Shown in pieces: positions 12,835 through 25,401 of a stretch of DNA of 60,000 bases (its first letter is position 1; each line of letters opens with the position of its first letter). The DNA comes from Camelus dromedarius. Lineage: Eukaryota. Both the position numbers and the translations under genes were made by a program. Location of the stretch: assembly GCF_036321535.1 (NCBI RefSeq), contig NC_087437.1:98644001-98704000 (forward strand). Reading direction: 5' to 3'. The notes under the pieces were generated by a model that was given only the letters and a program-made list of their open reading frames with translations, was not told the DNA's origin and searched no databases.

Positions 12835-14230
12835 CCGCACTCTGACTTCTGATCTACATCCAAGTCTCAGTCTTACTGGCACTGACAACTTCCTCCTAGT
12901 TTCCAGGTCAAAAGAACTCCTTAAATTCTGTATTGCATTTGACCCTTCCATAGGACTTAATATTGTTGATATCCTCCTTTGAAAATGCCCCCTCTGTTTC
13001 CAAACACTACACTTCTGGTTTTCTCTTCCCTCTCTGACAGTTCCCATTCAAACATACATTTTATTTTGATTCTTTTCCTTCCTCCACCCCTAGGATTGGT
13101 GTTCCTCATAGCCTCCAGTCACAGTCACCTCTCTCTCCCTTTGAAATACTTTCTCTGGCTTATTTTCTTCAATCTCAGGGTAGCTACATTGAACAACAAC
13201 AGTGGGTACCACTCACCTCACAGTCTAAGTAAATGGTGTCCCTAGAATTGTACAGGGCACAACCTGCACGACCAAACATGTGCTCTCAAATCTACACCCG
13301 CTGTAAGGACTCAGATCTCCTTCCTGGATTTCTCATCCTTAGTTGATTCCCTCAGTTGCATAAATTAGCCTCATGGATTATCCTACTCCTACAATCACAC
13401 CAAATCTATACATGCAGTCTTGAATACCCCAAAGTTCCAGATTTGTGTTTCTAACTTTCTATTGGATATCTCTACGAGGAACTTGTAAAAGTTTTATTCT
13501 ACATTATGTTCCCAGCTGCATGCATCATCCAACTCTTCAAACCTGTTCCCCCTACTCTGTTCAATATTTTAGTTATGAATGCTATTATACATTCAGTTCC
13601 CAAGCTAGAAATTTAGGAGCCAACTTTTACTTCTCCCATCTCTCCATCCAAATCCAATCAGTCATGATGTCTTGTCAAGTCTAACTCTGAAAAGTTCTTC
13701 AAATCTGTCACTTCTTATCCATTCTTACAAAATTTTATTTATCAAGCATATGTGGCCATCTCCTTTTTCCATGTGACTCGACCTAGTCTTAATGTCCTTC
13801 AGTGCCACAAGCTATTTTACATCTATTCACATGTTTTGTCCATTCTCACTAGTTTCTGAAAAGCTTTGCTCATTTTCCCTGTTGTTTTCTTTACCCAAGT
13901 GATGTTTCTTACCAAATCCTTACTACAAAAATCATTTTCAAGGATCAACTCCAATGTTACTCCCTTTAAAATGTTTACTAATCCTTTCCTCATTTGATTC
14001 TCCCCCATGAAATAGTACCCTTTCCCTTCTTCAGCTTCCCGCAGTGTTTTATTCATGTTACTAGTAAAATCCCTTTGATAATAATCACTGCTTGCAAAAT
14101 ACTTGTTTCCTTTATTAGACTGTAAATTCCTTCAGGGCAGGAATCGGGAGTCTTATTCATCTATGATCTTTAAAATATAAATAAGTGTTTAACGCACAGA
14201 AGAAACTCAATAAATGTGGGGTGTTAAATT
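12835..14230 (+). mobile_element. Long decayed L2 (RT region to 3' end), interrupted by MER91
   Basis: actacacttctggttttctcttccctctctgacagttcc; atccaatcagtcatgatgtcttgtcaagtct; tagactgtaaattccttcagggcagg...ctcaataaatg. Confidence 0.75.
13176..13286. mobile_element. MER91-like hAT-Tip100 MITE
   Basis: cagggtagct...gggtaccactcacctcacagtctaagtaaatggtgtccctagaattgtacagggcacaacctgcacgacc matches the palindromic MER91 structure. Confidence 0.75.
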
Positions 14231-15104
14231 GTGCTTCTAGCATGTGTATTGACTAAATAGACTTTTCATGTAGCACAAGGTGATTCTCATCCCGAAAAAA
14301 GTACACATTTGAATGCAAAGTGTTCAGTAATTCTACCTATATAAGTAAAGAGAAATTGATAAAAAGAGAAAATGTGTGCATAGTTCCTGAAATTCACAAG
14401 CGCCATTAAGCTTCACAATGATTTGAGGCAGTATCACTGTTTGTGGCTCTTACTGATTGTAAGCAGAGAAAGGTGTAGCTTTACCTGTTTAACTTGCTTC
14501 CATCTTCTACTCCCTTCTGCTCTGGCCCCATAATCTTGAAAATGAACTGCTCAATAAACACTATCGATGCCTTAAATACACCCCATAATAAGTAAGTAAC
14601 ATTTATGAACACACACTTATCACACTTACTTTCTTTATCAACCCATCATTCTATTTTGTTCCTGAAAACGAAATCAGGAGACACAGATCAACCATCAATC
14701 CCAGGTGACTATAGAGGCTTTCCTCTCACTAAATCTGGACTCACCCTGGCTCCCCTGGTTCCTTCTCCTGCTTGAACTTTGCAGGCTTCCTCCACTCTTC
14801 TTCTGCTTGCCCGTCTTCAGCTTGGTTCACTTCTCATTCTGCCTTCAAACTATATTTACACCTTTCCCAGTCGATTTCTTCCATTTGGTTTATACAAGCA
14901 AAGTTCAAAGAGGAGTGGCAGAAAGACTGAGCATTAGCGATCTCAAGATTAGAAAGGATACAGAAGTCACTTGAAAGGAACATTCAGCCCTTGTCATATT
15001 GTCTTTCCTTGGACTTCAGACTCAAGCAACTCTAATGGGTCTTCCTAGTACTTTCATTGACTGAGCCCTCTACTCATGTTATTCAAGATGAAATTCTAAT
15101 CATC

Positions 15105-16640
15105 CATTTACCAAATAAGAAGTGCGTAGCTACCAGTCCCATTGTAGATTTGAAGGATGCTTCAGAATATAACATAGTTCCCTTTCAAACAGATCATCCA
15201 TTGCACTCTTGTTGGAGGATATAGGTAATAAATAAATAGATATATAAAATATCAGTGAATAAAACATGTTATCCAGGGGGAAAAGCTAACAAGGCAATGG
15301 GATAGAGAGAGGTGGAGGAGGTTGTGTCATTTTACTGAGCATGGCCAAGGAGTGCCTCTGAACTGGAGTGATATTTGAAAGAGGCCAATGTGAGGAAAGG
15401 CAATGAGCCTTAGGACTATCAAGGAGATGAATGCATCTGGCATAGGAAAGAGTGAGTGCAAAGGTCTGAGGTCCTGATGCAGGAGAGTGCTCAGTGTTTA
15501 TATTGTTCGGGTCTCTACAGAATAATTTGACTAGAATGTAATCACAAGTCTCCACGTAAAGAGCAAAGACACAATGCGAGGACGTCGTTGGGGAAAATAC
15601 AGTACCTTGGATTAGTGGTCCAATAACAGTGGGTCTCTGTTACTGCCATTAGACCCTATGGGGTGAGGTGCTAGATTAGTTGTAGGAATTCTGAGAAAGA
15701 GGGATGTGCAAAGAGAACTGCTTCGTAGGACTGAACTTCTTGAAGGAAGGATGCCGCCTGCCAGCAGAGAACCTGCAGGGAGAGAGGTAGCAGATACAAA
15801 CTCTGTCCTCTCTCTTTTTCTCCCTCTGATCTCTTGTCAGACATCCCTCTTGGCTGAAGGCAGAGGGCTAAGGCATCTATTGATGGAGACCAACTCTTTC
15901 CTCTATCAAGACACAGAAGAAAGGAGAGAAACATTAAGGGTGGATCCTGAGGGAAAAATGGAAGGCAGCCAGCTCAGCAAAGTTCCCAATCTAGTGAGTA
16001 AAAGGGAGAATGGAGATGAGAGCACGAGGTTGAGGGCAAGATCATGTAGGGTCTTTAATCCACAATGTGGACTTTATAGTTTTTTCTAAGTGATCTTTGA
16101 AGCCTAGGGTGTTTCTGAGCAGAGAAAAAGCAAGGATAGAAGCAGAACGACAATTTGGGAATATTGCAATAGTCCAGGTGAGAGATGATAATGGCTTGGA
16201 CTAAGGGAACGGTGGGTGTGGTGGTATGAGAAATGGTCAGATTCTGGATGTATTTGGAAATTAGAGCGATCATAATTTACTTATGTCGGCTCTGAGAGAC
16301 AGAGAGGATCATCAAGGAAGACTTCAGGGTTTGGTCAACAGAAAGAATAGAGTTGATACTTCCTGAAATGAGAAAGACTTCAGAAAAGGTAGGTCTCATA
16401 AATCCGTTAGGCACCTAGGCAGAAATGTTATATGGGAAGTTGGAAGAGATTGTCTGTGGGAATATAGCTTTGACATTTGTCAGATACAGAAGTTATATAA
16501 AGCTACGGCACCAGATGTGGTCAACCAAGAATTAAATGTGACTGAGTAACAGTACCTTAGCACTGACTCCTGGGGGAATTCTACCACTTAAACTTTAGTC
16601 ATGCAGAGAGCATGCAGCAAGGAAGACTAAAAAAGACTAG
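15105..16640 (-). mobile_element. L2a, antisense, split by an LTR33-like insertion
   Basis: gagtgcaaaggtctgaggtcctgatgcaggagagtgctc before the LTR, and tattgcaatagtccaggtgagagatgataatggcttggactaaggg...agattctggatgtatttgg after it. Confidence 0.8.
15500..15978 (-). mobile_element. LTR33-like ERVL solo LTR
   Basis: gggtggatcctgagggaaaaatggaaggcagccagctca is close to the reverse complement of the recalled LTR33 5' end. Internal ctctttttctccctctgatctcttg also fits. Confidence 0.7.
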
Positions 16641-17171
16641 AATATGTTATAGCAGGAGTCCACTGAATGTAACTCAATCACGTAGGTTGAAAAGAATTTG
16701 GGTCAAAAAAAGCCTGTAGCTATAGTGAGAAAATAATTACAAATGAGAGCCATTGATACAGTTCATGATCTTGGGAAAACTTAAAAGGGACAGAAATATC
16801 ACTGATTACATTTTGGTGGGGATTAAGACATAATTTTGATCTTTTTATTTTTGAAATCAATAGTTCCATCAAGTTAGTTGTTAGATTCTTCAACATTTTT
16901 TACCTAAATATTTCCAAAAACAAACTGATATTTTAAAATAGTTTGGTTAAGAAGGTAACTTGAACATAGTTTAATCCCAAAACTAAATGTATTTAAATTT
17001 ATGTATTGTTCAATTTACCTTCATGTTACTTCCTTTGACACTAGGAAACTATTTGGAGGACTATGAAAAGTTTTAAAATTGTCAATGTGTATCCTAAAAA
17101 CAAGGGCAAGACTCCAGGTATTTTCTTGTAAGTAACAAGGAGCACTTATATGATTCTGCCATTTTCCAATA

Positions 17172-17649
17172 AATGATAGGCAGGGTAATGGCCCCCAAAG
17201 ATGTTCACAACCTACTCTTAGAAACCTGGGAATATTTACCTTACATGACAAAAAGGATCTTTCAGAGGTGATTAAGTTAAGAACTCTGAGATGAGAGGTA
17301 ATGTCTTGGATTATCCAGGTGAGCTCAAGGTAGTCATATGAGTACTTAAAAATCAGACAACTTTCCTGACTGTGGTCAGAGAGATGGAACCTTACTGATT
17401 TTGAGGATGGAGGAAAGGGTTTCTGAGCCAAGGAGTGTGGATGGCCTTAAGAAACTGGAAAAAGGATGGAAACAGTTTCTCCCCTAGAGCTGCCAGAAAG
17501 GAACAACATCTTGTCAATACCTTGATTTTGTTCCAGGGAGACCAGTGTCCAAATTTCTAACCCAGAGAAATACAAGATAATAAATGTGTGTTGTTTTAAG
17601 CCATAAAGTTTGCACTGATTTGTTATAGCAGCAATAGAAAGATAATACA
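17172..17649 (+). mobile_element. MLT1D (MaLR) solo LTR
   Basis: taggcagggtaatggcccccaaagatgttcac...ttctcccctagagc...tttgttatagcagcaatagaaagataataca. Near-perfect 5-bp TSD caata/caatg. Confidence 0.9.
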
Positions 17650-17789
17650 CAATGTCATGTTTTGTTTTGTTTTTTAATTATCATCTCATTTGAATGCAGA
17701 AATAACCCAAACGGGGAATTTTAAGATTGTTTAATGAGAAGTAGTTTCCCTCCCCATATTCAAATGCAGGTGTGACTAGAGCAGAATGA

Positions 17790-17878
17790 ACCGTTATCCA
17801 CTGTACCTTTCTATCTTGAGAAGATAATATTTGTCTTGTAGATGAAGGAACAGAAGCTCAGAGAGATTAAATACATTC
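17790..17878 (-). mobile_element. MIR core fragment
   Basis: tgtagatgaaggaacagaagctcagagagattaaat matches the MIR core. Confidence 0.6.
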
Positions 17879-18218
17879 ATAAGATCATATTCCAAATAAT
17901 CAGAATGTTCCCAAAAATAAAACCCATTTTTCCCCAACACATTGCCTCAAAGCCTTTCCAACATTTCCTTGTCCATATATGCTTATGAAGTCCAAATAAA
18001 ATTGGAAGTGGAATGATTATGCACAGTTTCCCTTTGGCTGCCTGATTTCCTTTTGGCCTTCTGCACTTAGGAAGTGGGTGCACGGTCATAACACAAGAGG
18101 GAACAAACCAATATACATGCAGTCTAATCACTGCAGCCTCCTGAAGTCAAAACAAAATTGTCTGGCCTCTGAGAAGTTCTGTATTTCACTGAAGGAAAAA
18201 GCAGAACAGTGATTTGCT

Positions 18219-18234
18219 AAAAAAAAAAAAAAAA

Positions 18235-18273
<39 letters not shown>

Positions 18274-18282
18274 CAAGCAAGC
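18219..18282. repeat. Poly(A) followed by (GAAA)n and (GCAA)n
   Basis: Read directly. Confidence 0.95.
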
Positions 18283-18886
18283 ATATATCAGCCATGTTGA
18301 AAGATGATCATCAGGCTCACTTCTGCATTTCCTGTCCTTTCAATTTTTGGCTGGTGGGGGAGGGGCAATAATCAAGAGCATCAGGTGTAAATTGCTCATT
18401 AAACTAACTAACAGTCCTTTGGAGAGCTTCAATAGTCTCCCTCCTTTTGTCCAATTACTGGCAGGAAACTGGGTGACCAGGTGGCTTTCTGGTGCTAGAA
18501 CTTTGCCAAGGGCTGCTGGAAGTTGGAAAAGGGTTTTAACTTCTCTCTTCTAGATCCTCAACCTCCTCAGCCTGGGTTTCTATTTCCACCCTCTTCACAA
18601 AGCTGTGTTTGATCACAGAGAATCTGGTAAAGGGCTGCATGTCATTACTACCTCTTGAGCTCTAAGGTTCAAATTCAGTAAGGTATAGTGCAACTGGGCT
18701 ATCTTTTATAGTTCATTTTTATTAAAATATAATCTCCTCACTTAGGAGATGTTTGACGAGCTGCACTGACCTGCCCAGAGTCCGTCTCTTTCTGTTGTGT
18801 TGCTTACCCGAGTGTTATCCCTGCTGGGAGTGGCTTGTATTTAATTACACAGAACGCTGCCCGGCGGTTTATTTCTGTATCTGCAG

Positions 18887-18933
18887 AACATAGAAACAGT
18901 TCCATAAAAGGAGTAGTTGGGATGCATTTGACG
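18887..18933 (+). other. Candidate 47-nt exon, host gene unidentified
   Basis: Acceptor tttatttctgtatctgcAG and donor ACG/GTAAGG. One open frame (HRNSSIKGVVGMHLT), with an ATG at 18922. Lies in unique, CpG-retaining sequence. Confidence 0.35.
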
Positions 18934-21610
18934 GTAAGGAAATGGGAATGTTTGTTTGTTTGGACTATGAGGCAAGTTCAAAGATGGAGACTTTTGTCTT
19001 GTGAAACCATGGTGAGCCGCTCGGGTTTCATGTCGAACATCAGGGGTTCGTGCAGGATGTAAACATTTCCTGCTGGCCAAGTCTGTTTCTATAATGGTAA
19101 CCCCATAGGGTTGGTGCTACTTGCACTGTCATTGTGCCAAGAGTTCTTGTGTTCAACAGGGGAGGTTAAAAGTCAGTCTGGTTTCGCAGCTGTTTTGGGG
19201 AAGAACTGTCTTTCCAGGAGCTCTGAAAGCGTGCAGTTCACGCATCAGACAAACATTAATCAGCGGCCATCATCTCACACGGATGCCGTGGAGCTGTCTG
19301 GAACGGAATTGGAAACGTGCCTCTCTGTGTATACGTACACATGTAATGGTGGTGGGTAGAGGTGCTCACTGGGCATTAATTTTAAGTAAGGTCATTGGAG
19401 AATTTTATTCATAATTTGTTCGGGCGCATGGTGCGGTGAAAACGAACAGGAACAGGACCTTTAAACAGTGGATCTAATTTCCTCTTTGACTTACAGAGAA
19501 AGTTTAAAAATGGTTTATCTCCATTTCTGATAAATCTCAATTTGGCACCAGTTCTCTTTTTCTCCAGTCTCTCTTTCAAGTAGTTATTGATTTATAAACA
19601 AATACTTAAATGCAAGGAAGAGGGAGAGAATTTGATTTAAAGCAATCCTGCGGTGAAAGAAGAATCATTCTGAGATGGAGAGAAACCCTCTCTAATGGAT
19701 CTGTGTCATGGGTATGGTTTTCATACTTACAGTCTTCTTCAATGGGGGGGCTTCCTCTATTCCCTTAGAGTTTTCATAATTTGTGCCCTAGCGGAGAGTA
19801 TGAGCTGTATTTGGTGGACCCATTTTAGAGCTTGCTCTGTGATCCAGATCACAAAGTTGACAATGAGAATTATGTTCTTTCCCTTGATAAAGGTAGTCAG
19901 AAATGGCAGAACAAATGTAAAAGATTTTGAAGGTACTTGAAAGAGAAGATATCCCGTGGGCTTTTCTGACTAATAAGGTGTGCTGTGCATATTTCTTTTC
20001 AGGAGGTAGAGGAAACCTTTAAGAGGAAGATAGGGTACAGACATGACACATATTTTAGATGTACCATAACATTCTAAGGACAGCCAGCATTGTAATTTTT
20101 TTAGACCATTTTGGAAAGCACAACAGAAATGGTGAAAGCTGTGTTCTTTTCAGGGTGAATTATCCAAGTCCCTTGGTTTTTCTGGGAGAATATAAACAAC
20201 AAGATATGTGTGCAGGAGCCTTTTTAGAGAAATAAGTCAGATAAAGCAGCTTCAATATGCTCTCTCCACCCAAAAATGAATAAAGAAAAAAAATATGTAG
20301 TCATGTACACACATTAAGTTTTATATGTTTTTAACAAGAGATAAGATTAAAAGCTTTCACGAAAGTAATATCTTTCAGATTGTCAGTAGTTCAACAAATA
20401 CTCTAAAGTCTTGTATGTTATAATCCCTGATAAACAGTAATGAAGATGAATCTTCTGTGGGTCTAAAATGTATACTGTTCTTATTTGTAAACAGCATTAC
20501 ACATTCATGGCAAAAAATAAAAATAGAAAGAACTTGGTGTATATATAAAGTTTATCATCTGGTGATATGATATCAATCTGCAACAGTACAAATTATTATT
20601 AAATATATTTCCAGATTTTTATGTCTACTTTAATGGTCATTGCCTACATTTTCATTATTCTTCTCTGTTGGCTTCTTCCACATGCTGTGTGTCAGCCAAA
20701 AAGTCTAAGTCTGCAGCATCAAAGTAATTTGACAAATCTTTGGGTTTGTATCTTATCTCAGTCTGAATCTTCCAAGTTCTAGGGAAGAAATATAATAAAA
20801 ATTGATTCTACAAAGATACCCAAGCCCTCACCCATCCTTACATAGTCAGGATAATAAAAAGATATATACTGTCCAAAAATTAATTTCCACAGCTCCCCTG
20901 GCCTTGGGTGAATGAAAAACTATACTTTTTAGTTTTATGGATCTCCTAGCCTTTGCAAGCACCAATGTTGAGGAAATTAAACAATTAATCTTTCTTTTAA
21001 TTGTATGGGATTGTCAGGGAAGTAAACACAACTCATTCCACTCATGCTCAATGAAAGTTATCTACTGTGAAGGATTAGCTGCCACGTTCAACAATAATGA
21101 AGCTCTTGTTTTCCAATAAAGAGGTTAATTGGCTTCAGAGAAAATACATGTACAGAACACACAGGACTAATATTGGTTTTGCAAAGTCCCTGTGTGAGGG
21201 AAGTTAATGTTTCCTGTTTATTAGCTGTTTTACAACAATCTGCCCTGGACCAATAATTATGCTTACATAGCTGATGCTAATATTGTCAGCACAACAGCTA
21301 CTTAACGTGTCCTCTACACCTGTGTGCAATTGAGTTTGTCATCATTCCATGCGGTCCTCAGTGCCTGCTCTTTGGGTGTTATATCCTGTCTCCAAATGGA
21401 CTACCAATACCTAGATGGTGGAAATTCCACTGTCAAAACTTGGGCTGCCTTTCCAAGACCAATTTTTTTTTAATTCTAAATGTTACCATCTGTTCAGCAG
21501 GTTTAACTATGTAATTAAAAGTTAGAATAACAAAAGTAGAGAATACTTTCTAGACCCAAAGATCTTTCCAAGGAAATTCACCCAGGTGTCCAATACATAT
21601 CCACTGGGGA

Positions 21611-21781
21611 GGTGCTTCTGGAGTTTAAACAGCCTACAGATCACAGGGAGTAAATGGTCTCGTTCAACTGCAGAGTGTGACTAGGTAAGTCTGGGGAGGT
21701 GCCTGGTGATCTGCATTTTCAGTAAGCCCCCAGATAATGCTGGTGATATTGGTTCATGGAGCAAAGTTTGAGTAGCAAGGT
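21611..21781. mobile_element. MER5A-family hAT-Charlie element
   Basis: taggtaagtctggggaggtgcctggtgatctgcattttcagtaagcccccagataatgctggtgatattggttcatggagcaaagtttgagtagcaagg. Confidence 0.8.
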
Positions 21782-22029
21782 GTTGGGCTCCTGAGGACCT
21801 CAGTCACCATAATAATTACTCATGATACTTCCTAAAATCTAGCCAAGTTATTACTTTTGGATAGCAACCAGGCCTTCTATCTCCCTTGAAAAGTCTCACA
21901 AAGTTTGGGTACAGTGTTGCCCTAAACACAGAGATCTGATAAATTCTGTCGAGGAATTTCAGCCATTAGATGAAAATGTATTAAGACCAGTTTTGTCACT
22001 GAAGATACACAAAGCCACATATAGTAGTT

Positions 22030-22362
22030 TTAAAAACAAGACAACATGGAGTTGCTTATGCTAAGCCCCACATCACCACATCAAAACTTAACTAAATTAT
22101 GGCTTCAGCTCTCCTAGGCATGGAATCCTAATAGACTGCCTGATAGAACCCTGCCTTCTCTAAAGGAAAGTAACTTTGCTATGATCAACCTGCTTTTTTG
22201 CCTAGTGTAACTCTCTTGTTTCTGCTTCCTTCTGCCTGTAGAAGCCTCTCATTTTGTACAGAGCTCCTTTTTAATCTGCTGGGTTGGATGCTGCCTATTC
22301 AAATCAATTTTTGCTTAAATAAAACCTTACATTCAAAAAATATGCCTGTTTATCTTTTAATA
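22030..22362 (+). mobile_element. ERV1 solo LTR (MER34/MER39-like)
   Basis: atggagttgcttatgctaagcccc...aaggaaagtaactttg...ggatgctgcctattc...aaataaaa...tttatcttttaata is a typical MER4-group LTR layout with a polyA signal. Confidence 0.65.
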
Positions 22363-23539
22363 GTCCTATGCATGGAAATGGAAATTTGAGGAAAATGATT
22401 TAAATAATTATGGCAATGAGAATTCCCAATCGGGACAATTAGACTCATTGATGCTTTAATTTCCTACCTTTCACCTTATTTTCAACTCTCTCATTCTCCC
22501 AGAGAATATTTATTTCAGTTCGCTCAGTGTACCTCCTTCTGAGGGCATGCTAACTGGGTTTCAAATAGCTCTTTAAAAACCATCCCATGTCATAAATAGG
22601 GCACACAAAGTTCATGGACGGCAAAAACCAAGAATCAGGAACAGCAACCATCTTTGAGATTTTGAACTTTTTCAAGCAGAAGAAAGTATTCCCCCTGGTT
22701 AAACATTTTTTTGATGGCTACAGGAAATACTTATATTAGTTTCTTAAAAAATGATGACCAGGATAAAGAGGCTATGTAAAAATAGACTGAGGGACAATCA
22801 CCGGGCCGATTCTATTTCACCATGCAAGTTTTTAGTGACAGCTCTAAACTAGCAACTTTTCAATTAAATCCAATCTGTCACAGTGGGGAAAACAGTGTGG
22901 CCGACAGGCCCTGCAAAGAGATTTGGCTGTGAGTGGCCACGTTAGCACTTTTAACTGAAAATAAGCTATATTTGTTTAAACCATTGCTTAAATAACACTG
23001 CATATTTTTATTCCTTTGTAAGCATTTATGCCATTAATTTCTACAGCATACAATTAGGCACCTCTAGTTCCGTGTTGGAATCTCCAGTTTTCAGTCTTTT
23101 TCGTGTCTCTAAGTTTGGCTTCAGCTTGGTAGGGGTAAAGCAGGGTGAAAAAAATCATCTTTTCTTCCTTTCTTTCACTCTCTATGACATTGGGAGAAAT
23201 ATTTGTCCTTGAAAATGTTAAGTGTCCAAATCGTCTCTGAGCCCAGTTCATGGTCAGCACTTGAAGGAAACAGTGTGAGACAGCAGGAGCCTCTTAAACC
23301 ATCCCACCACAAATCTATTATGATATAAAAGGACGGGAAAGAATGCAGCCCTCCCAGCTTCAAACTCCGGTGACACGAGGCCGTCATTGTACTATGAAGT
23401 AACTTCTCAAGGTTGTTCTTAAGAGCTGTGGAATTGTACATTTCAAGAGACTTTACATTATTAACAAGGTTTATATTCTAAAACAACACAGAGGTCATAA
23501 ATTAATGGCATCAATATCCCCTGGAACTAGTTATTAGCT

Positions 23540-23830
23540 GTGTTTAGTTAGAGGTATTCTTATTACTTATACTCCTCTAACAAACAGGACATTTCTCTGA
23601 TCATCTGGCTTCAGCAACTTGGATTGGCTGTATCATTAGCTCAGTAGTGCAAGTACCAGAACCCAGCCAGGGACACATCTGCCATCTCATCTTCTTCTTC
23701 ACCTCCCCCATCTCTGTCTTCTCTCTCTCTCTCTTTCTCTATCTTGTGTTGTGACTTAATTGGGAAAGCTTGAACTATTCTGGTAAATAAGGTCCCACGC
23801 AAACCTAAGCTTACAGGTAGACCCTCAATT
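23540..23830 (-). mobile_element. Possible old MLT1-type LTR remnant
   Basis: tgtgtttagttagaggtattctt...tctggcttcagcaacttggatt... followed by a CT-rich tract. Only a weak resemblance. Confidence 0.35.
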
Positions 23831-25039
23831 CCTTCTCCTGGTCTCCATTATTCAATGTAATGTGATCAAGAGGGGCTGGGGACCTACATACCAATATTTT
23901 ATTGAGGGCAGCTACCCTACATCCCTTGATTTAATTCAGAAGTGAATTAGAGACTTGCTTTCCTTATCTTTATGGATTTGCAATTTCAAGAAATTTTTAA
24001 GTCAACAAGCTCTTTCTTACTGTTCATGGGCTGGTTATAGAGAAAGGGTGTATCTGTTGAAGGTTTAAAAGTCCTTTATGAGGCTCTCGGTGTGTGCTCT
24101 CAATCAGTTATGCTCCAACAATGACTGGAATTCTTATAAATAAAATAGTAACCAGCTAGCCCACATGGATGAACACTGTTGTCTGGGACACCATGTAGCT
24201 TGTAAGTTAAGCCCATGAGTCACACAGAGGAAAGGAAGGAGAACTCCGTGTTGGTGGTGCTGAATTTTGTTAGAGAACAAACTGGTCACTTCACCAAGGC
24301 TGACTTGAGCTCTACTATAAACACACAAAACAAGGAAATTGCATGCTTTAAGGGCATAATTCATAAGACACCATAAGGTCTATTTCAGGAAACTAACATA
24401 ACAGTGAGTGATGCTAAATGTTACTGAGGAACTTGCAATACTTTGCACATATGGACTGACTATGTGGTAGCATATATAAATATTTCATTTGCTAATTGTA
24501 GTTAGTTATCAGATTGCACATGAACAGACAGAATGACATATGAGAAGTTCCAAGAACACTGTGTAACAGTACATACAGCTGAGATATAGTTTTCTCACAC
24601 TTGGCGGGAGTTCCAGTTCAGTGAACACAACTTTTTCTTTATGCTTTAATTAAGATTAAAATATTTAAAAATCACCAGAATTGAGAACATCATTATATTG
24701 TCATGTTCGAGGACTAATGCCAAATGGAAAGTTAGAAACTGGAGCTGAAGAGCCATCCGTCTTACAAGTCGCTTGAAGTTTTTGGAATCAGTTGAGTGTT
24801 TTTAACATCTGACTTCCCCCCAAGTTAGGTATCCAATACCTCTCTTTTTCATTTTGGAACTTGATGAGCTAGTTAGAAAGGAGGAGAAAAAAAAAATAGA
24901 AAGAAAGCAAAATAATAATTTAGAAAATTATAAAATCTCTGAAAATCAAACTTTTAAGTCAACTGTTTACAACTTCCAAAGCAGAAATGAAACAATTAGT
25001 AATGTTGAAAATCAGAAGGAAAGGGACCATAAAAATCAT

Positions 25040-25185
25040 TGATGCATCTTTCTTTATAGAGGATTCATACATAAATCTGCTATAGGTAAAGTGTCTCTCC
25101 AAGACCATAGGTCTAGTTTGTCAGGGCCAAGACTGGAATTCCTATTTCCTAGATCTCTAGTCTTCCAGCTTGTTATATACTGTCT
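25040..25185 (-). mobile_element. MIR fragment
   Basis: ggtaaagtgtctctccaagaccataggtctagtttgtcagggccaagactggaattcc. Confidence 0.6.
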
Positions 25186-25227
25186 TTATCATTAACAGAC
25201 CTTTTTAGTTTGCCTCTAAAATATGAT

Positions 25228-25385
25228 TTGGGAGGCAGAGTGGTTTAGTGAGATGAATCAATGATATTTGAGTTCAAAACCTGGCCCAGTCTCATTTTCT
25301 CCATCTAGAAAATAGATATAATTGCACCTCATTTCCAGACATGGTTGAAGATTAGCAATAATGTGTGTACAATCCCACAAACTTT
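25228..25385 (+). mobile_element. MIR (its tail is the target of a young L1)
   Basis: gaggcagagtggtttagtg...gagttcaaaacctggc...tctcattttctccatctagaaaatagatataat...gttgaagattag. Confidence 0.65.
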
Positions 25386-25401
25386 AAGATGTTCAGAAAA
25401 T

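Noticed and set aside
13176..13286. miRNA hairpin resembling miR-652
   Set aside because: The similarity reflects shared MER91 ancestry. The arm here (aatggtgtccctagaattgta) differs from the recalled mature sequence, including the seed, and the palindrome is decayed.
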